This document shows positions 1 to 10,541 of a DNA stretch of 64,000 nucleotides, in pieces. The notes beneath the pieces are model-generated. The model was not told the DNA's origin. It was given only the letters and a program-made list of their open reading frames with translations, and searched no databases. The stretch comes from an uncultured Ruminococcus sp. (lineage in GTDB: Bacteria; Bacillota; Clostridia; Oscillospirales; Ruminococcaceae). The translations under genes and the position numbers were made by a program. Numbering within the stretch: position 1 is the first letter of the stretch; each line of letters opens with the position of its first letter. The stretch is from NCBI GenBank assembly GCA_900538575.1, contig UPZA01000009.1:27804-91803 (forward strand), read 5' to 3'.

Positions 1-250
1 CGCTATTCAGAGAACTGGAATTTTTGACTCAATGTTTTGCTCAATTATATATGTTGGAGAAGAATCAGGAGCATTGGATGATATCTTAACAAAGACGTCT
101 GATTACTATGAAGAAGAATCTGACTCGGCTGTTCAGCGATTAGTAGCAATGCTTGAACCTATGATGATCATTATATTAGGTATAATGGTAGGGTTGATAG
201 TTGCTTCTGTTTTACCGGCGTTATATTCATCATTTGATAATATTACATAA
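1..250 (+). CDS. pilC: Type IV pilus platform protein PilC/GspF, C-terminal fragment (continues upstream of the window)
   Basis: Open frame from base 2 with no stop until 248-250; C-terminal GspF motifs (VGEESGALDDIL ... LEPMMIIILGIMVGLIVASVLPALYSSF); context upstream of pilMN. Confidence 0.75.
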   Translation, partial: AIQRTGIFDSMFCSIIYVGEESGALDDILTKTSDYYEEESDSAVQRLVAMLEPMMIIILGIMVGLIVASVLPALYSSFDNIT

Positions 251-269
251 TTGAAAAGGAGGAATGCAT

Positions 270-1820
270 ATGCTTTCCTTTGATATAACTGATAAAATTA
301 TAAGAATTGTAAGAGGCTTTGAAAGCAGCGGAAAAATAAAAATATATGACGCATTTTCGATAGATATTCCAGAAAAGTCTATTGAGAATGGCAATATTGT
401 TGACGTAACAGGTTTGGCGTCTATTATAGGAGATATACTAAAAAGCAAAAAAATAAAAGAAAAGAGCGCCATAGTTAGTATATCATCAAATCTTACTATA
501 TTTAAAGAGCTTGATATTCCTAAAGCCAAAGGACAGCAGTTTCTTAAAATGGTCAAGGCAGAAATGCAGGCTCAGCTTGGAATCGATGATACTTATAGCG
601 TTTCTTATTTGATCGTTGGAGAAGTTGAGGATAAAAATGAAAAGGGAAAGATAATTGAAAAAGTTCTGGCTACTGCATGCCCATATGATATGGTAGAAAA
701 CTATAAAAGATTATTTGCTATTTTATCCATTTCTCTGAAATCTGTAATAATTGGATGTAATTGTATTTCAAAAGTAATTTTATCTGATGTTAAATCATGT
801 TTAAAAATGCCTCTATTAACAGTTCAGCTTGATAATAATTTTTTAAGTATTAATCTTTATGATGATTCTAAACTTGCATTTTCAAGGTTTATTAATATTG
901 ATCCATCCGATTATGGCTTTGCTTCTGATTATATGACTCAGGCAGTTAATGAAAATATATTCAGAATGCTGCAATTCCAGAAAACACGCAGCTCGGATTT
1001 ACAAATTGAAAATGTAATATTTTACGGCGATTTAAAAAATATTGATGATATTAAGTCAGCTACAGAACAAATGGATCTCAATGTAAGTTTCATACCAACT
1101 CCTTCTCAGGTAAGCGGTTGTGAAAATATAGATTTTGCTTTATATGCAAACGCCGTAGGCGCATTATATAAAAGAAATAAACTTACTGAAAGAATAAATT
1201 TGCTTGAAACTGATACAGATCATAAGAAAAAGATAAAATCCGATGCTTCTTATTCAGTAATGCTAACTTCTATACTTGGTATTACTATTGCTGTTATAGG
1301 CGGGATATATTTTGGATTAAACATTAAATATAATTCAGTTAAAGACGATTTAAATAGTGTTGAATCAAAAATTAATAGTCAAGAAAATATTAAAAAAATG
1401 CAGTTATTTGATACTCTTGAAAAACAGGAAGAAAAAATTAACGAATATAGAAAAAATATCAGTATTGCTGCTGACGCATTTAAAACTCATCCGGCTATTT
1501 CACAGGAATATATGGATATTATAGAAAATGAAATGATCAACGCGGCTCATGAGCTTAATTTATGGGCGCAGATTACCGAATTTAGATATGAAAATTATAC
1601 TGTTATATTAAGTATCAGAACTGCGGCTGACAGTGATCCTTCACAAAGTCTTCCGGCGCTTATTGTAGAAAAGCTTCTGACTCACAGTGAATTTGCCGAC
1701 GTAATATACAATGGTTATAATATTTCATATAATGAAACAAGCGGAAAGGTTGTAAATTATGAAATACAAATTCCTCTTGAACCTATAGAAGTTCCTACTG
1801 AAGCCAATACAGAAGGTTAG
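270..1820 (+). CDS. pilMN: Fused PilM (actin-like ATPase fold) - PilN type IV pilus assembly protein
   Basis: N-terminal ~330 aa PilM-like domain, central TM segment (VMLTSILGITIAVIGGIYFGL), C-terminal PilN-like region; RBS AAAGGAGGA at 255-263 favours ATG 270 over ATG 264. Confidence 0.7.
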   Translation: MLSFDITDKIIRIVRGFESSGKIKIYDAFSIDIPEKSIENGNIVDVTGLASIIGDILKSKKIKEKSAIVSISSNLTIFKELDIPKAKGQQFLKMVKAEMQAQLGIDDTYSVSYLIVGEVEDKNEKGKIIEKVLATACPYDMVENYKRLFAILSISLKSVIIGCNCISKVILSDVKSCLKMPLLTVQLDNNFLSINLYDDSKLAFSRFINIDPSDYGFASDYMTQAVNENIFRMLQFQKTRSSDLQIENVIFYGDLKNIDDIKSATEQMDLNVSFIPTPSQVSGCENIDFALYANAVGALYKRNKLTERINLLETDTDHKKKIKSDASYSVMLTSILGITIAVIGGIYFGLNIKYNSVKDDLNSVESKINSQENIKKMQLFDTLEKQEEKINEYRKNISIAADAFKTHPAISQEYMDIIENEMINAAHELNLWAQITEFRYENYTVILSIRTAADSDPSQSLPALIVEKLLTHSEFADVIYNGYNISYNETSGKVVNYEIQIPLEPIEVPTEANTEG

Positions 1821-1832
1821 AGGTGAAAACAT

Positions 1833-2552
1833 ATGCAAAAGCTTAGCTATCGCGATAGAATAATTATACTTATCGTCCTTATAATTATGATTTTGGTTAT
1901 AGGATTTATGCTCCTCATAAAACCTAAATTTAAAGATATTTCTGCCGCAGAGGATTCCTTAAATAATGCTCAGTCTCAATGGAATGAAATTAAAAATAAA
2001 ATAAATCAAGTGGATACCATAAAAGAAAGAGTTCAGAAGAAATATAACGAATCTGTTGAGCTTGGAAATTTATTTGTGGATTTAAAAAGAGCTTATACTC
2101 TTGAAAAATTTATTCAGGAATATTTTAATAAAAATGGGGTTTATATAAATACTAATGCTTCATATAGCGATCCTTCAGTAATAACCCTTACGCCGTATTC
2201 CATAAATTATGAATCTCTTGACTATTCAATTGGTCAATCTGCAAATCTTAATTCCACCGATATTGAAGATCAAACTGAGGATGTAAATATCGATGAAAGT
2301 CAAGAGCAAAGTCTTCCATGCGGAACGGTTACTATTGATTACTATGCCACAAGGTCAGGACTTTTACAATTTATGCAGGATATTAAGGAATCCGGTAAAA
2401 CAATCGAAATAAAATCATTAACTATTGGCAACAATTCCTATAATACCGATCCTTCATCAGTATTAACAGGGGATATGACCATAGACGTTTATTATGCAGA
2501 AATGATTTCTGATCTTGAAATAGGAGAAGAAATAAACAGCAGTATTGATTAA
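1833..2552 (+). CDS. pilO: PilO-like type IV pilus assembly protein (N-terminal TM anchor)
   Basis: Single N-terminal TM helix, coiled-coil region, position directly after pilMN; RBS AGAGGTGA upstream. Confidence 0.5.
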   Translation: MQKLSYRDRIIILIVLIIMILVIGFMLLIKPKFKDISAAEDSLNNAQSQWNEIKNKINQVDTIKERVQKKYNESVELGNLFVDLKRAYTLEKFIQEYFNKNGVYINTNASYSDPSVITLTPYSINYESLDYSIGQSANLNSTDIEDQTEDVNIDESQEQSLPCGTVTIDYYATRSGLLQFMQDIKESGKTIEIKSLTIGNNSYNTDPSSVLTGDMTIDVYYAEMISDLEIGEEINSSID

Positions 2553-2587
2553 GATTAAAAAGTTCTGTAATTGAAGGCGGTGATATT

Positions 2588-5431
2588 ATGTTAAAAGATG
2601 CTGGCAAGCATAAAGCTAAGGGTTCGGTTTTATATACTGTTGTTGCCGTTATGATGATTATGACTGTATTTATTTTTGCTGCTTTGGCTCTTGCTTCATC
2701 GGCAAACAGGCGCGCCTTTAATTCGTATGCGAATAATCAAACTCAGTATACTGCCCGATCGGTTATTGACAGTATATGGGAAGCAATGAATCAGAACGAA
2801 AGCTTTGCAAATCAATTTGCCTCCTTAACTAATAAGGGCGATAGCAAGGAAATAGATGTTACACTGCCTAATTCTGACTCCTCAATGGGTAAAATAGTTG
2901 GTAAACCTACTGTAACACTTCTTGGAAAGGGTATAGAATACGGCTATAATACAGATAAAAATATGTATAAAATTTCTGCCACAGTAAAAATGATAGGACA
3001 GGAAAATACAATAGCCGGATATTTTATTGCAGATAAAATCGAAAGCGGATCTCCTTTTGAATATGCGTTAGTTTCTCTTGGAGATAACAGTGTAAACACG
3101 CTTGATAATTTATCCGTTTTAGGAGGAACCAGTACCGGTTCAAGCTATCCTCATGATATTAATATTAGAAATACAAATGCTTTACTTCAAAGTCCTGCAA
3201 ATATTAACGGCAATTTAACTATAAACGCTTTTAATGCTCATATTCTACTATCCAAGCAGGAGGAAGGAGCGTTTGTAAACGGCAGCTTACAGTTTGTAAA
3301 TTCAGGAAATATAGTTCGCTCGGATTTAACGGATAAAGTAAATTATATACAGTTGCCTTATCTTTATGTAAGAGATAAAATAGAATTCAACGCAAATTTA
3401 CAGGAGATAGGATCAATTACTAATCCGGTTATTGTAATGGCTGATACTATTGATGGTTTTGGTTCAAGTAATGTGTCAGATAGAATATATGGAGATTTAT
3501 ATCTTTATTCACAATCATCTGCGTCAAATCTTAATTTAAGCGGTTTATCGGCCGGTGTTCAAAAATGGTCAGGAGATGCTGTTAATAAACAGGATAACAG
3601 ATCTGGTACTTCATATACAGGCGGTAATATTTATTCATTAGGAACACTCAATATAACAGGTGAAAACGGTCAATCCGGAAATAATGTAATTGCAGATACT
3701 TTAAATTTAAATCATAAGGGAGTTTTTCAGGTTTACGGAGCTTCTGTGGCTAACACGGTTAATCTTCAAAAGGACTACAACGGCGGAAGTTATATGTTTT
3801 ATAACGGTCTGTTTACAGATCCGGATAATTTTACATGTGAAGAAAATATATCTGTAAACAATATTCAGTTTAATAAAGCTAAATCAATTATTAATAGTTT
3901 ACCGATTTCAGTTGAAGTCAATCAATTATGGCAGCCAAGCGATAGCGATCATTTTATTAATTATGATTTGACTGCCGCAATACCTTCATATAATTCCGAT
4001 ATGGATATTATACCAAGATCTTTGGAAATTGAATGGGAGGCTCCGTCTGGAACTTCTATTAATAAGCTTGAGGTTGACGGATGGTTTATTGACAGCCCAT
4101 ATTTTAATCAATCTAAGGAGATTTCAGGATCCCAGGGAAAAGTAACCTTTAATTTTGATTGGGCTTATAGAATGAGAAACAATGATAGATTTACTATACG
4201 AATCAAATATGTCGGAAACGAAACTACGCCTTATAATAACAGCATATATATAAAATCCATTAACTTAAATACAGATATATATGACATAGATACTTCCGGT
4301 AACCTTGAATTTTTGAAAAATGTAAATGATTATGCGTTCAGTAATAATGAAGATATAATTTATATTGACGATATTGATAAATCAGTTAAATTAGAAAAAT
4401 ATGCTGATACAAATGGCGTTTTAAAGCTTAAAATATCTAAAGCTGAATTTAAAACGCCGTTTGAAGAAGGAAACGAATTGGACAGAACTAAAGCGCCTTA
4501 TATTGAAATAGGTACATATGATTATGTTTCCCAGTATGCTGATTTTCTCAAATCAGTTGTAAATACTGCCGTATTTCCGGATACAATGAAAAGGGATCAA
4601 ATAAACGGTTCTCCTCCTGATTTTGTTGACGACAGTTTTTTGGAACAAACGGAATATGAGGATATTCCCGGAAATAAGGTTCCAATTTCTAAGGTTGAAC
4701 TTGAAGCTAAGCTTGAGGTTGATAAAGCTTTTGACCATATCGGTGAAACGTCCTCACTTATTTATACTTTCAATGGCAGTACAATTGAGTGCAGCGACGG
4801 GACCGTTTATAATTCAGAAGATTCTGTTGAAATAACCTCGTCATGTACTTTTACCGGATATTTGCAATGGAAACAAATTTCTATAAAACCTGCTTCTTCT
4901 AACATATATATTAAACTTGATAATTTCAATATATATAATATGCAAAACAAAACAGCTATTGTCGTAGATGATTCAGGAGGTACAAAAAAGGTTAATTTTT
5001 TAATTCCTAAGAACTGCGGATTTTATACTAATGGCAGTATTTTGACTAAAACATACAACGAAATGGATTATTTTGATATAATTCAGAATCCTGACGTTCA
5101 GGATAAAATACCGGGAATTACTTTTTATATGGAATATGATAAATCAAATACAGCAGTTTTTAATCTTGACAATAAGTCCGTACTATCCGGTTATATAATG
5201 GCGCCTACATCAAAGTTTTCTGCTGAAGGCGGTTCTAAGACATTTGATTATACATCTGAATTAAAAAATTCCTATTCCAATCTGGCTCTTATCGGCGGTA
5301 TTGTTTTTAAGGACGTCAGCTTTGGCACGGCATGTGCTTTTGCTTATGTTAATCCTAATGCGCTGAATGAGGAAGACGGCGGCGGTTCATATTTAGGCAA
5401 TCCTGATTGTCTGTATTATCAGTGCTATTAA
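2588..5431 (+). CDS. Very large (947 aa) PilX_N-type minor pilin / putative pilus tip protein
   Basis: N-terminus KGSVLYTVVAVMMIMTVFIFAALALASSANRRAFNSYAN resembles PilX N-terminal family; lacks the G-F-x-x-x-E prepilin cleavage motif; long Asn/Ser/Thr/Gly-rich extracellular region; sits between pilO and the pseudopilins. Confidence 0.55.
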   Translation: MLKDAGKHKAKGSVLYTVVAVMMIMTVFIFAALALASSANRRAFNSYANNQTQYTARSVIDSIWEAMNQNESFANQFASLTNKGDSKEIDVTLPNSDSSMGKIVGKPTVTLLGKGIEYGYNTDKNMYKISATVKMIGQENTIAGYFIADKIESGSPFEYALVSLGDNSVNTLDNLSVLGGTSTGSSYPHDINIRNTNALLQSPANINGNLTINAFNAHILLSKQEEGAFVNGSLQFVNSGNIVRSDLTDKVNYIQLPYLYVRDKIEFNANLQEIGSITNPVIVMADTIDGFGSSNVSDRIYGDLYLYSQSSASNLNLSGLSAGVQKWSGDAVNKQDNRSGTSYTGGNIYSLGTLNITGENGQSGNNVIADTLNLNHKGVFQVYGASVANTVNLQKDYNGGSYMFYNGLFTDPDNFTCEENISVNNIQFNKAKSIINSLPISVEVNQLWQPSDSDHFINYDLTAAIPSYNSDMDIIPRSLEIEWEAPSGTSINKLEVDGWFIDSPYFNQSKEISGSQGKVTFNFDWAYRMRNNDRFTIRIKYVGNETTPYNNSIYIKSINLNTDIYDIDTSGNLEFLKNVNDYAFSNNEDIIYIDDIDKSVKLEKYADTNGVLKLKISKAEFKTPFEEGNELDRTKAPYIEIGTYDYVSQYADFLKSVVNTAVFPDTMKRDQINGSPPDFVDDSFLEQTEYEDIPGNKVPISKVELEAKLEVDKAFDHIGETSSLIYTFNGSTIECSDGTVYNSEDSVEITSSCTFTGYLQWKQISIKPASSNIYIKLDNFNIYNMQNKTAIVVDDSGGTKKVNFLIPKNCGFYTNGSILTKTYNEMDYFDIIQNPDVQDKIPGITFYMEYDKSNTAVFNLDNKSVLSGYIMAPTSKFSAEGGSKTFDYTSELKNSYSNLALIGGIVFKDVSFGTACAFAYVNPNALNEEDGGGSYLGNPDCLYYQCY

Positions 5432-5453
5432 AATTAAGGAGGGGAGCCAAGGA

Positions 5454-5867
5454 ATGAAGAAAATAAAAAGAAGCTATAATGGTATGACGCTTGTTGAAGT
5501 CCTTGTAGCTCTTGCAGTTTTTACAATAATCTCCGCTCTACTTGCGTCTGCTTGTGCCGGTATATGTACAATAATGCGTAAGACAAATCGCTTAAATAAA
5601 AAGATTTCAAATGAAACTCCAGACGCGGAGCTTAAAAATGGCATTCCAATTACTATGGCAGACGGTACTAATGAGGAAACTTCTATGATTTTAAGTATAG
5701 GCGGTAAAAAATATAAGGTCATAGGCAAGCAATATTTAACAAATGACAGCAGCAGTTATTATGAAGACGGCGGTGATTTTAAATATTTTGATATCGCAGA
5801 TCCTAATACAGATAAAGACGGCAATCCTCTTCCCGTTACAAGACCGATTGTTGAGGAGGTACCGTAA
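5454..5867 (+). CDS. Prepilin-type minor pilin (pseudopilin), class III signal peptide
   Basis: MKKIKRSYNG|MTLVEVLVALAVFTIISALLA with Glu at +5; RBS AAGGAGGGGAG upstream. Confidence 0.7.
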   Translation: MKKIKRSYNGMTLVEVLVALAVFTIISALLASACAGICTIMRKTNRLNKKISNETPDAELKNGIPITMADGTNEETSMILSIGGKKYKVIGKQYLTNDSSSYYEDGGDFKYFDIADPNTDKDGNPLPVTRPIVEEVP

Positions 5868-5868
5868 A

Positions 5869-6717
5869 ATGAAAAAGTTTAAAGGTTTTACACTTATTGA
5901 GCTTATTATAGTTATGGCGATTTTTACAGGTATAGCTGTCGGCGCAATGGCTATGATAAAACCGGTCATGAAACTTTTCAATAATACTGCGGAACTTGAA
6001 AAATCCAGCGCTGACGCTGATAATATCCGGAGATATATCGAAGATAATCTGCGTTACGCAAACAGATTATTTAATTGTGTAGGATATAATAATTTCAGCA
6101 GTATTAAAAAGGACAGCTATGATCTTGTGCTCTATGATTCAGTTACTGATTCAAATCTTCCGACTCATAAAACTGATCAGCCGATTTTAAATTATTTTAA
6201 TGATTTGTACTTCCCTTATTCCTCGCCTGAAAATGTTTATGTTATGGAAATTGATAACGGTGATATTTTTACCCAGGGTGTTATGGGCAAAATCATTATT
6301 TATAAGGCAGATTTAGCCACGGGTTTATTAAGTAAAGAATCGGAGGCAAGTTCTGATTATTACAATAAATATTCATTTAATATTAATTTCGGAGACAGTG
6401 TATCGGGTGTTTATTCAGGTTTAAACACACCCTCAAGAGAAATACTAATTGATATATTTAAAATAAGAAATAAACCAGATAATGACGGAAAATATTTTGA
6501 CGACATTTTGCTTAATTCATCATCTTCCCATGATATAACATCAGCATTGTATATGGTTAATCTTGAACGTAATCTTGATGTGAAGACGGGTGAAAGATCA
6601 GATGGCGCTACTGTTTTTAACGAACATGTTTCAAGACTTGTAACAATTGAAAATCCGTTTCCTGATGAAGATTCTAAATACTATTTTATTTATACCGTTC
6701 CGGAAATAATAAGATAA
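5869..6717 (+). CDS. Prepilin-type minor pilin (pseudopilin)
   Basis: MKKFKG|FTLIELIIVMAIFTGIAVGA; ATG at 5869 preceded by GGAGGT (5855-5860). The ORF track's 5743 start is an in-frame upstream extension. Confidence 0.7.
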   Translation: MKKFKGFTLIELIIVMAIFTGIAVGAMAMIKPVMKLFNNTAELEKSSADADNIRRYIEDNLRYANRLFNCVGYNNFSSIKKDSYDLVLYDSVTDSNLPTHKTDQPILNYFNDLYFPYSSPENVYVMEIDNGDIFTQGVMGKIIIYKADLATGLLSKESEASSDYYNKYSFNINFGDSVSGVYSGLNTPSREILIDIFKIRNKPDNDGKYFDDILLNSSSSHDITSALYMVNLERNLDVKTGERSDGATVFNEHVSRLVTIENPFPDEDSKYYFIYTVPEIIR

Positions 6718-6720
6718 AAA

Positions 6721-6750
6721 TCAGGCAGTCTAATTAAACTGCCTGATAAT
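6721..6750. terminator. Bidirectional hairpin terminator between the convergent pseudopilin gene and pilD
   Basis: AATCAGGCAGT-ctaattaa-ACTGCCTGATT, a perfect 10-bp stem between stop codons at 6717 and 6750. Confidence 0.55.
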
Positions 6751-7571
6751 TATATAAACATATTCAGCCAAATATCTACTAACTTTTCACCCCATAGCGT
6801 CCCAATAAAAAGTCCGATTGCCAAATAAGGTCCAAAAGCAAATTTAGATTCTCCGCTTTTTCGTTTTTGATATAGACCTCCTGCCGCCGCAAATAATATA
6901 CCGCAAAACGCTGAAATTACTATACTTTTGTTTCCTATCAGCAGACCCGATGAAGCCATTAGAATTGTATCTCCAAGCTCAATTCCTCTTATTTTTTCTC
7001 CGGTATTTTTTAAAATTATTTCCGCGGAAATTTCACCGATAAGAAAAAACGGCACACTAATTAATAAACCGCCTGTAACACGCTGTAATATTGTAAGGCT
7101 GTCAGTAAAAAATGCAGAAATTACGGCAAGAACGCAAATTGCTATTAGTAATCTTGTATCTATTTCAAGGAAATCATGGTCAATAAATCCAATTACAATT
7201 AAAATCGAAAAGAAAATGCATATAATTATTGATTGGACATTGAAATCCATTACAAGAAAGGTTATAATATATAAAAATGCGTTTAGTATTTCAACAAAAG
7301 GATATCTTAATGAAATTCTGTTACCGCATTTTCTGCATTTTCCTTTTAAGAAGATCCAGCTAATAACTGGAATTAAATCGCATTTTTTTATTTTTGAGCC
7401 GCATTTGACGCAGTGAGACGAGTTTTTAATAAGAGATTCACCTTTCGGCAGACGGCATATTACTACATTTAAAAAACTGCCTATGCAGATACCTAATACA
7501 AAAATAATGGAATAAAATATAATGTAAAAAGTGGGATCTAAGTTTTCAAGACCTAAAATAGTGTCGGACAT
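6750..7571 (-). CDS. pilD: Prepilin peptidase (A24 family) PilD
   Basis: Multi-TM protein with CxxC...CxxC zinc motif (CVKCGSKIKKCDLIPVISW...CRKCGNRISLRYPFVE) typical of PilD/TadV-type peptidases. Confidence 0.85.
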   Translation of the reverse strand: MSDTILGLENLDPTFYIIFYSIIFVLGICIGSFLNVVICRLPKGESLIKNSSHCVKCGSKIKKCDLIPVISWIFLKGKCRKCGNRISLRYPFVEILNAFLYIITFLVMDFNVQSIIICIFFSILIVIGFIDHDFLEIDTRLLIAICVLAVISAFFTDSLTILQRVTGGLLISVPFFLIGEISAEIILKNTGEKIRGIELGDTILMASSGLLIGNKSIVISAFCGILFAAAGGLYQKRKSGESKFAFGPYLAIGLFIGTLWGEKLVDIWLNMFI

Positions 7572-7658
7572 TATTTAATCCTCCTCTTTATAATGGTGCA
7601 TTTATATTTTAACATAGATTTACAGTAAATACAAGTTTAAATTAATCCGGAGGTCATA

Positions 7659-9329
7659 ATGAGGAATATAAGAATCGGCGATTACCTTGTTTCAAAGGGA
7701 TTGATAACAGAAGAACAACTTATAAAGGTTTTGCAGGTTCAGAAGGAATCACAGGGAACTAAGCGTTTTGGAGAAATTATTATAGAACTCGGTATGCTGT
7801 CGGAGGTCAAATTCGCTCAGGCTTTAGCAAGTAAGCTTAAGGTGCCCTTTGTTGATTTATCGAATATGGAGATTGATGATGAAGCGGCTAAAAAAATACC
7901 TGAAGCTCTTGCAAAAAAACATACTGTTATAGGAATTAATGTGCAAGGAAAAAGGCTTACCGTTGCCACAGACGATCCTATAAATTTCAATATACTTGAA
8001 GATATTAAGGTATCGACAGGTATGGATACTATTCCCGTTTTAGCTACAAAAACTGCTATAAACAAGGCTATAGGAAAAACATATCAAAAGCAAAAGGTTG
8101 ACAGCGTTATTGAGGACGTTGCTCAGCATAGCGTAGAGGAAAAGGTAGACGAGGGAGTAAAGGAACGAATTGAAAGCGCTCCTATAGTAAAGCTTGCCAC
8201 TACCATTGTAGAAAACGGTTTCCGTGCCGACGCAACAGATATACATATTGAACCCTTTAAAAAATATACAAGAATAAGAGTACGTGTAAACGGAGACCTG
8301 ATAGAGCTCATGAATGTTTCCAACGTTGTTCATAATTCACTGGCAACCAGACTTAAGCTTATCAGCGGAATGAATATTGCTGAAAAGCGTCTACCGCAGG
8401 ACGGTCGTTTTACGCAGGTTGTCGACGGAGTGACTCTTGATGTCCGTGTTTCTTCTCTGCCTACCGTAAACGGCGAAAAGATAGTTATACGTATTCTCTC
8501 AAACGGATCTATTTCGCTTCGTAAAATTACGGATCTTGGTATGACTGATTATAATTACGGAATGTTTGAAAAAATGCTTAAATGTCCACATGGAGTTATA
8601 CTTGTTACCGGTCCCACCGGATCAGGTAAAACTACTACTCTTTACGCTGCTTTAGGTGAAATTGCCAGACCAAATGTTAATGTAATAACAGTTGAAGACC
8701 CTGTTGAAAAGAATATCGACGGAATTAATCAGGTTCAGGTAAATACAAAGGCCGGTATGACCTTTGCGGCGGCTTTACGATCCATTTTACGTCAGGATCC
8801 GGATATTGTCATGATAGGTGAAATGCGCGATACCGAAACGGCTGAAATCGGTATCAGAGCCGCTATTACGGGACATCTGGTGCTATCAACACTTCACACG
8901 AACGATGCAGCGTCTACAATTACAAGACTTGTTGATATGGGAGTACCGTCGTATATGGTTGCATCGTCCTTGATCGGCGTAGTAGCTCAGCGTCTGGTTA
9001 AGGTTTTATGTCCTAAATGCAAAAAGCCTCGTTTGTCTACGGACGAAGAAAATGGGCTTATGGGAATATGCAGTTCTGTTACAATTTTTGACGCATGCGG
9101 ATGTTCTGAATGCAATAATACCGGATATAAGGGAAGAACAGCTATACATGAAATTATTCATTGCACAAACGATATATCAGAACTTATAGTAGACGGGGCA
9201 AATAAGGATCAGCTTGAAAATGCCGCAAAGGCTCATGGAACTAAGCTGTTGAGAGAAAATGTTTCAATGCTTGTTAGAAGTGGTAGTACTACTATTGACG
9301 AACTTGTCAGAGTTACATACACTATTTAA
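7659..9329 (+). CDS. pilB: Type IV pilus assembly ATPase PilB (GspE family)
   Basis: N-terminal GSPII_E_N domain, Walker A GPTGSGKTTT, tetra-Cys motif CPKCKK...CGCSEC, Walker B/His box. Confidence 0.9.
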   Translation: MRNIRIGDYLVSKGLITEEQLIKVLQVQKESQGTKRFGEIIIELGMLSEVKFAQALASKLKVPFVDLSNMEIDDEAAKKIPEALAKKHTVIGINVQGKRLTVATDDPINFNILEDIKVSTGMDTIPVLATKTAINKAIGKTYQKQKVDSVIEDVAQHSVEEKVDEGVKERIESAPIVKLATTIVENGFRADATDIHIEPFKKYTRIRVRVNGDLIELMNVSNVVHNSLATRLKLISGMNIAEKRLPQDGRFTQVVDGVTLDVRVSSLPTVNGEKIVIRILSNGSISLRKITDLGMTDYNYGMFEKMLKCPHGVILVTGPTGSGKTTTLYAALGEIARPNVNVITVEDPVEKNIDGINQVQVNTKAGMTFAAALRSILRQDPDIVMIGEMRDTETAEIGIRAAITGHLVLSTLHTNDAASTITRLVDMGVPSYMVASSLIGVVAQRLVKVLCPKCKKPRLSTDEENGLMGICSSVTIFDACGCSECNNTGYKGRTAIHEIIHCTNDISELIVDGANKDQLENAAKAHGTKLLRENVSMLVRSGSTTIDELVRVTYTI

Positions 9330-9345
9330 AATTGGAGGTATATAA

Positions 9346-10410
9346 ATGATTGATATTAACAAAATTCTTGATGAGGCAAGAGCTTTAGGGTGTTCGGATC
9401 TGCATTTCACTACCGATATTCCGCCTATTGTACGTCTTCATGGATCATTAAAACAAATGTCGGAATATCCGTCTTTAACTAATGATATTATTATGGATGT
9501 AATGAAGCAAATGACGAACGACGCTCAAAAGGCGAGTATCGCTCAAAGTATTGATACTGATTTTTCTTATGTAACAGAAAGCGGTTTTCGTCACAGAGTC
9601 AATATTTATTTTCAAAGAGGCAATACGGCAATTGCTATACGTCTTTTAAGAAACGATATTCCAACACTTGAAGAATTGAAGCTGCCTGATATTCTTTCTG
9701 ATTTTTGCATGCGTCCAAGAGGTCTTGTACTTGTAACCGGTCCGACCGGCTCTGGTAAGTCAACTACTCTTGCTGCAATGATAGATTATGTAAACATTCA
9801 TAAAAGTGCGCATATAATTACCGTAGAGGATCCTATAGAATATATGCATGAGCATAAACGCTGTATGGTAAATCAGAGAGAGGTCGGAATGGATGTACCG
9901 GACTTTGCGTCCGCACTAAGGGCCGCGCTTCGTGAGGATCCCGATGTAATACTTGTAGGAGAAATGCGTGATTTTGAGACCATTTCAGCGGCTGTAACCG
10001 CTGCTGAAACAGGTCATCTTGTTTTTTCAACGCTTCACACAACAAGCGCGTCTGACACAATAAACCGTATAATTGACGTTTATCCGGAACACCAGCAGCA
10101 GCAAATAAGAGCTCAGCTTGCGAATGTTCTTGTTGCGGTTATTTCACAGACTCTTGTACCTACTGCTGACGGAAAAGGAAGAATTGCCGCTCAAGAAATA
10201 TTAAATGTGACGGACGCGTGCTCGGCTATGATAAGAGACAATAAAGTACATCTTATACAATCCGCAATACAGACGGGAAGGCAAAACGGTATGCAATGTC
10301 TTGATCAGGAACTCGCAAGACTTACTAAAAAAGGAATTATCAATGAAGAGCATGCTCTTGAAAAATGTCATGATAAACAAGAATTTTATCGGTTTCTTAA
10401 TGCAAGATAG
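9346..10410 (+). CDS. pilT: Twitching motility / pilus retraction ATPase PilT
   Basis: 354 aa, Walker A GPTGSGKSTT, PilT-type AIRNLIRE-like region, no N-terminal GSPII domain. Confidence 0.85.
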   Translation: MIDINKILDEARALGCSDLHFTTDIPPIVRLHGSLKQMSEYPSLTNDIIMDVMKQMTNDAQKASIAQSIDTDFSYVTESGFRHRVNIYFQRGNTAIAIRLLRNDIPTLEELKLPDILSDFCMRPRGLVLVTGPTGSGKSTTLAAMIDYVNIHKSAHIITVEDPIEYMHEHKRCMVNQREVGMDVPDFASALRAALREDPDVILVGEMRDFETISAAVTAAETGHLVFSTLHTTSASDTINRIIDVYPEHQQQQIRAQLANVLVAVISQTLVPTADGKGRIAAQEILNVTDACSAMIRDNKVHLIQSAIQTGRQNGMQCLDQELARLTKKGIINEEHALEKCHDKQEFYRFLNAR

Positions 10411-10512
10411 CGATACATTTAACAAAGAGTTGAGAATATTTGTGTAAAACGACGAAATTAATATATTTGAAAACGTTTAAAACTCTTAAAATGTAGAAGA
10501 TTTTAAAATCTA

Positions 10513-10541
10513 TTGACAATAAAAATCGCATATGATATTAT
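10513..10541 (+). promoter_or_regulatory. Predicted sigmaA promoter of pilA1 (TTGACA-17-TGaTATTAT)
   Basis: TTGACA at 10513-10518, extended -10 TGATATTAT at 10533-10541; about 80-nt leader to the ATG at 10630. Confidence 0.5.

Noticed and set aside
6928-7416. Long antisense ORFs inside pilD (6928-7416), clpB (24249-24719) and fliD (58292-59251), and other embedded ORFs in the track
   Set aside because: They fully overlap well-supported genes on the opposite strand, have no RBS, and have biased low-complexity compositions typical of the shadow frames of AT-rich coding DNA.
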